A stretch of 64,000 bases of DNA, from assembly GCA_002269645.1 (NCBI GenBank), contig NIVC01001100.1, forward strand, positions 1 through 64,000. The letters run 5' to 3'. The notes beneath the pieces were generated by a model. That model did not search any database. It saw only the letters and a program-made list of their open reading frames with translations, and had not been told where the DNA came from. This document shows, in pieces, positions 63,098-64,000 of the stretch. Numbering within the stretch: the stretch's first letter is position 1; the number at the start of each line of letters is the position of its first letter. Source of the DNA: Macrostomum lignano. Its lineage: Eukaryota. Both the position numbers and the translations under genes were made by a program.

Positions 63098-64000
63098 ATG
63101 GGCGCAGGTGCCAGCTCGCTGTGCCCTCCGCTGCAGTCGATGTCTTCCGGCATTGTGGCGAGCGGCGTCGGCAGCTCCGGTGGCTTCTCCTTCGCTGTCA
63201 GGCCGAGGGCGAGGTCGCACGCCCGTCGCGGCAGCAGCAGCAGCGGCGGCAGTAGCGATGTCGGCAGTGTCAGCAGCGACTGTGCAGCGCGGAGACGAGT
63301 CAACTCGACTGTCGCCCCTGCCGCGGCCCAGCAAAACTCGCCTTCGCCCGGGAAAAGCCGGCAGTCGCGAACGCAGCAAAGAACAACGGCGACTCGGCGG
63401 CCGCAGCCGCAGTCGCCGTCTCAGCAGCAGCCGCCACCGACACCTGTCGCTGAGGAGATTCGCCGGGCCAGCACAAAGTCAATCCACCTGCAGAACCATC
63501 CACTCAGCCCGCGGCCCTCCCGATCGCCGAGTCCTTGCCGCCAGCAGCCGCAGCAGCAACCCGCGCTTCCGCCGCCCACTTTCATATTTTCCGACGAATC
63601 AGACGATCAAAATTTTAGTCAAAAACAGCAGCGACAGGAGCGGCAGAAGCAGGGGGACTCCATGCTGCCGAAGCCGTACACCGGTGGCAACCCATACCTC
63701 ATGCGGCATAGTCGATACCTCCTCGACCAGCAGGTTCTGCAGCAGCGAACGTCACCGCGGCCGCCTCCTTCGCTGCCTTTGCCTTCGTCAGCTCAGCAGC
63801 AGCGGCAGCAGCAGCAGCAGCAGCAGTCGTTGCACTTGTCTCTACACGGCGGCCGGAGCTCGAACCCCTATATCGCTAGAGCCAATCTTCATCGCCATCT
63901 TGACGACGATGTCAGCGACTTCAATGGCGTTGATGAGGCGGCGGCGCTTGTCCAGGTGGCCTCTCCCACAAATGCAGTCTTCCGCGCTCTCCTACCTTCG
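63098..64000 (+). CDS. Long open low-complexity frame starting MGAGAS; candidate unc-13 alternative first exon (3'-partial)
   Basis: 301 codons open to the window end by manual translation; in-frame TGA upstream at ~63032; S/P/Q-rich with CAG tracts like the other unc-13 exons. Link to unc-13 is inferred. Confidence 0.55.
   Translation, partial: MGAGASSLCPPLQSMSSGIVASGVGSSGGFSFAVRPRARSHARRGSSSSGGSSDVGSVSSDCAARRRVNSTVAPAAAQQNSPSPGKSRQSRTQQRTTATRRPQPQSPSQQQPPPTPVAEEIRRASTKSIHLQNHPLSPRPSRSPSPCRQQPQQQPALPPPTFIFSDESDDQNFSQKQQRQERQKQGDSMLPKPYTGGNPYLMRHSRYLLDQQVLQQRTSPRPPPSLPLPSSAQQQRQQQQQQQSLHLSLHGGRSSNPYIARANLHRHLDDDVSDFNGVDEAAALVQVASPTNAVFRALLPS

Overview
Eukaryotic (metazoan) genomic DNA with GC-rich exons and introns filled with intron-specific tandem arrays. 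The style suggests the flatworm Macrostomum, but this is unverified inference. Genes: a TTLL4-like tubulin polyglutamylase (+, 5'-partial), an ANKFN1/wide-awake-like ankyrin-FN3-RA gene (-), TRIAP1/Mdm35 (-), a six-finger C2H2 gene (-), and the 5' half of unc-13 (+; C2A, acidic linker, calmodulin-binding site, two candidate alternative first exons). The TTLL4 and ANKFN1 exons carry several single-base deletions, probably assembly errors. Mobile elements: (i) a dead RTE-like LINE with a 5' inversion (twin-priming signature, 10-bp TSD) and two nested MITEs; (ii) a full-length, intact Ingi/I-group LINE (APE-RT-RNase H-CCHC, 12-bp TSD) inserted in sense inside a candidate unc-13 exon. The LINE in (ii) is the most notable object. 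Its first 55 nt fold into a minimal CPEB3/HDV-like ribozyme, its ORF begins with a ubiquitin-C-terminus mimic (LLSVMRLRGG) where related elements have a 2A peptide, and its endonuclease carries a ~105-aa Cys-containing insertion. All structures were derived by hand; no searches were run.
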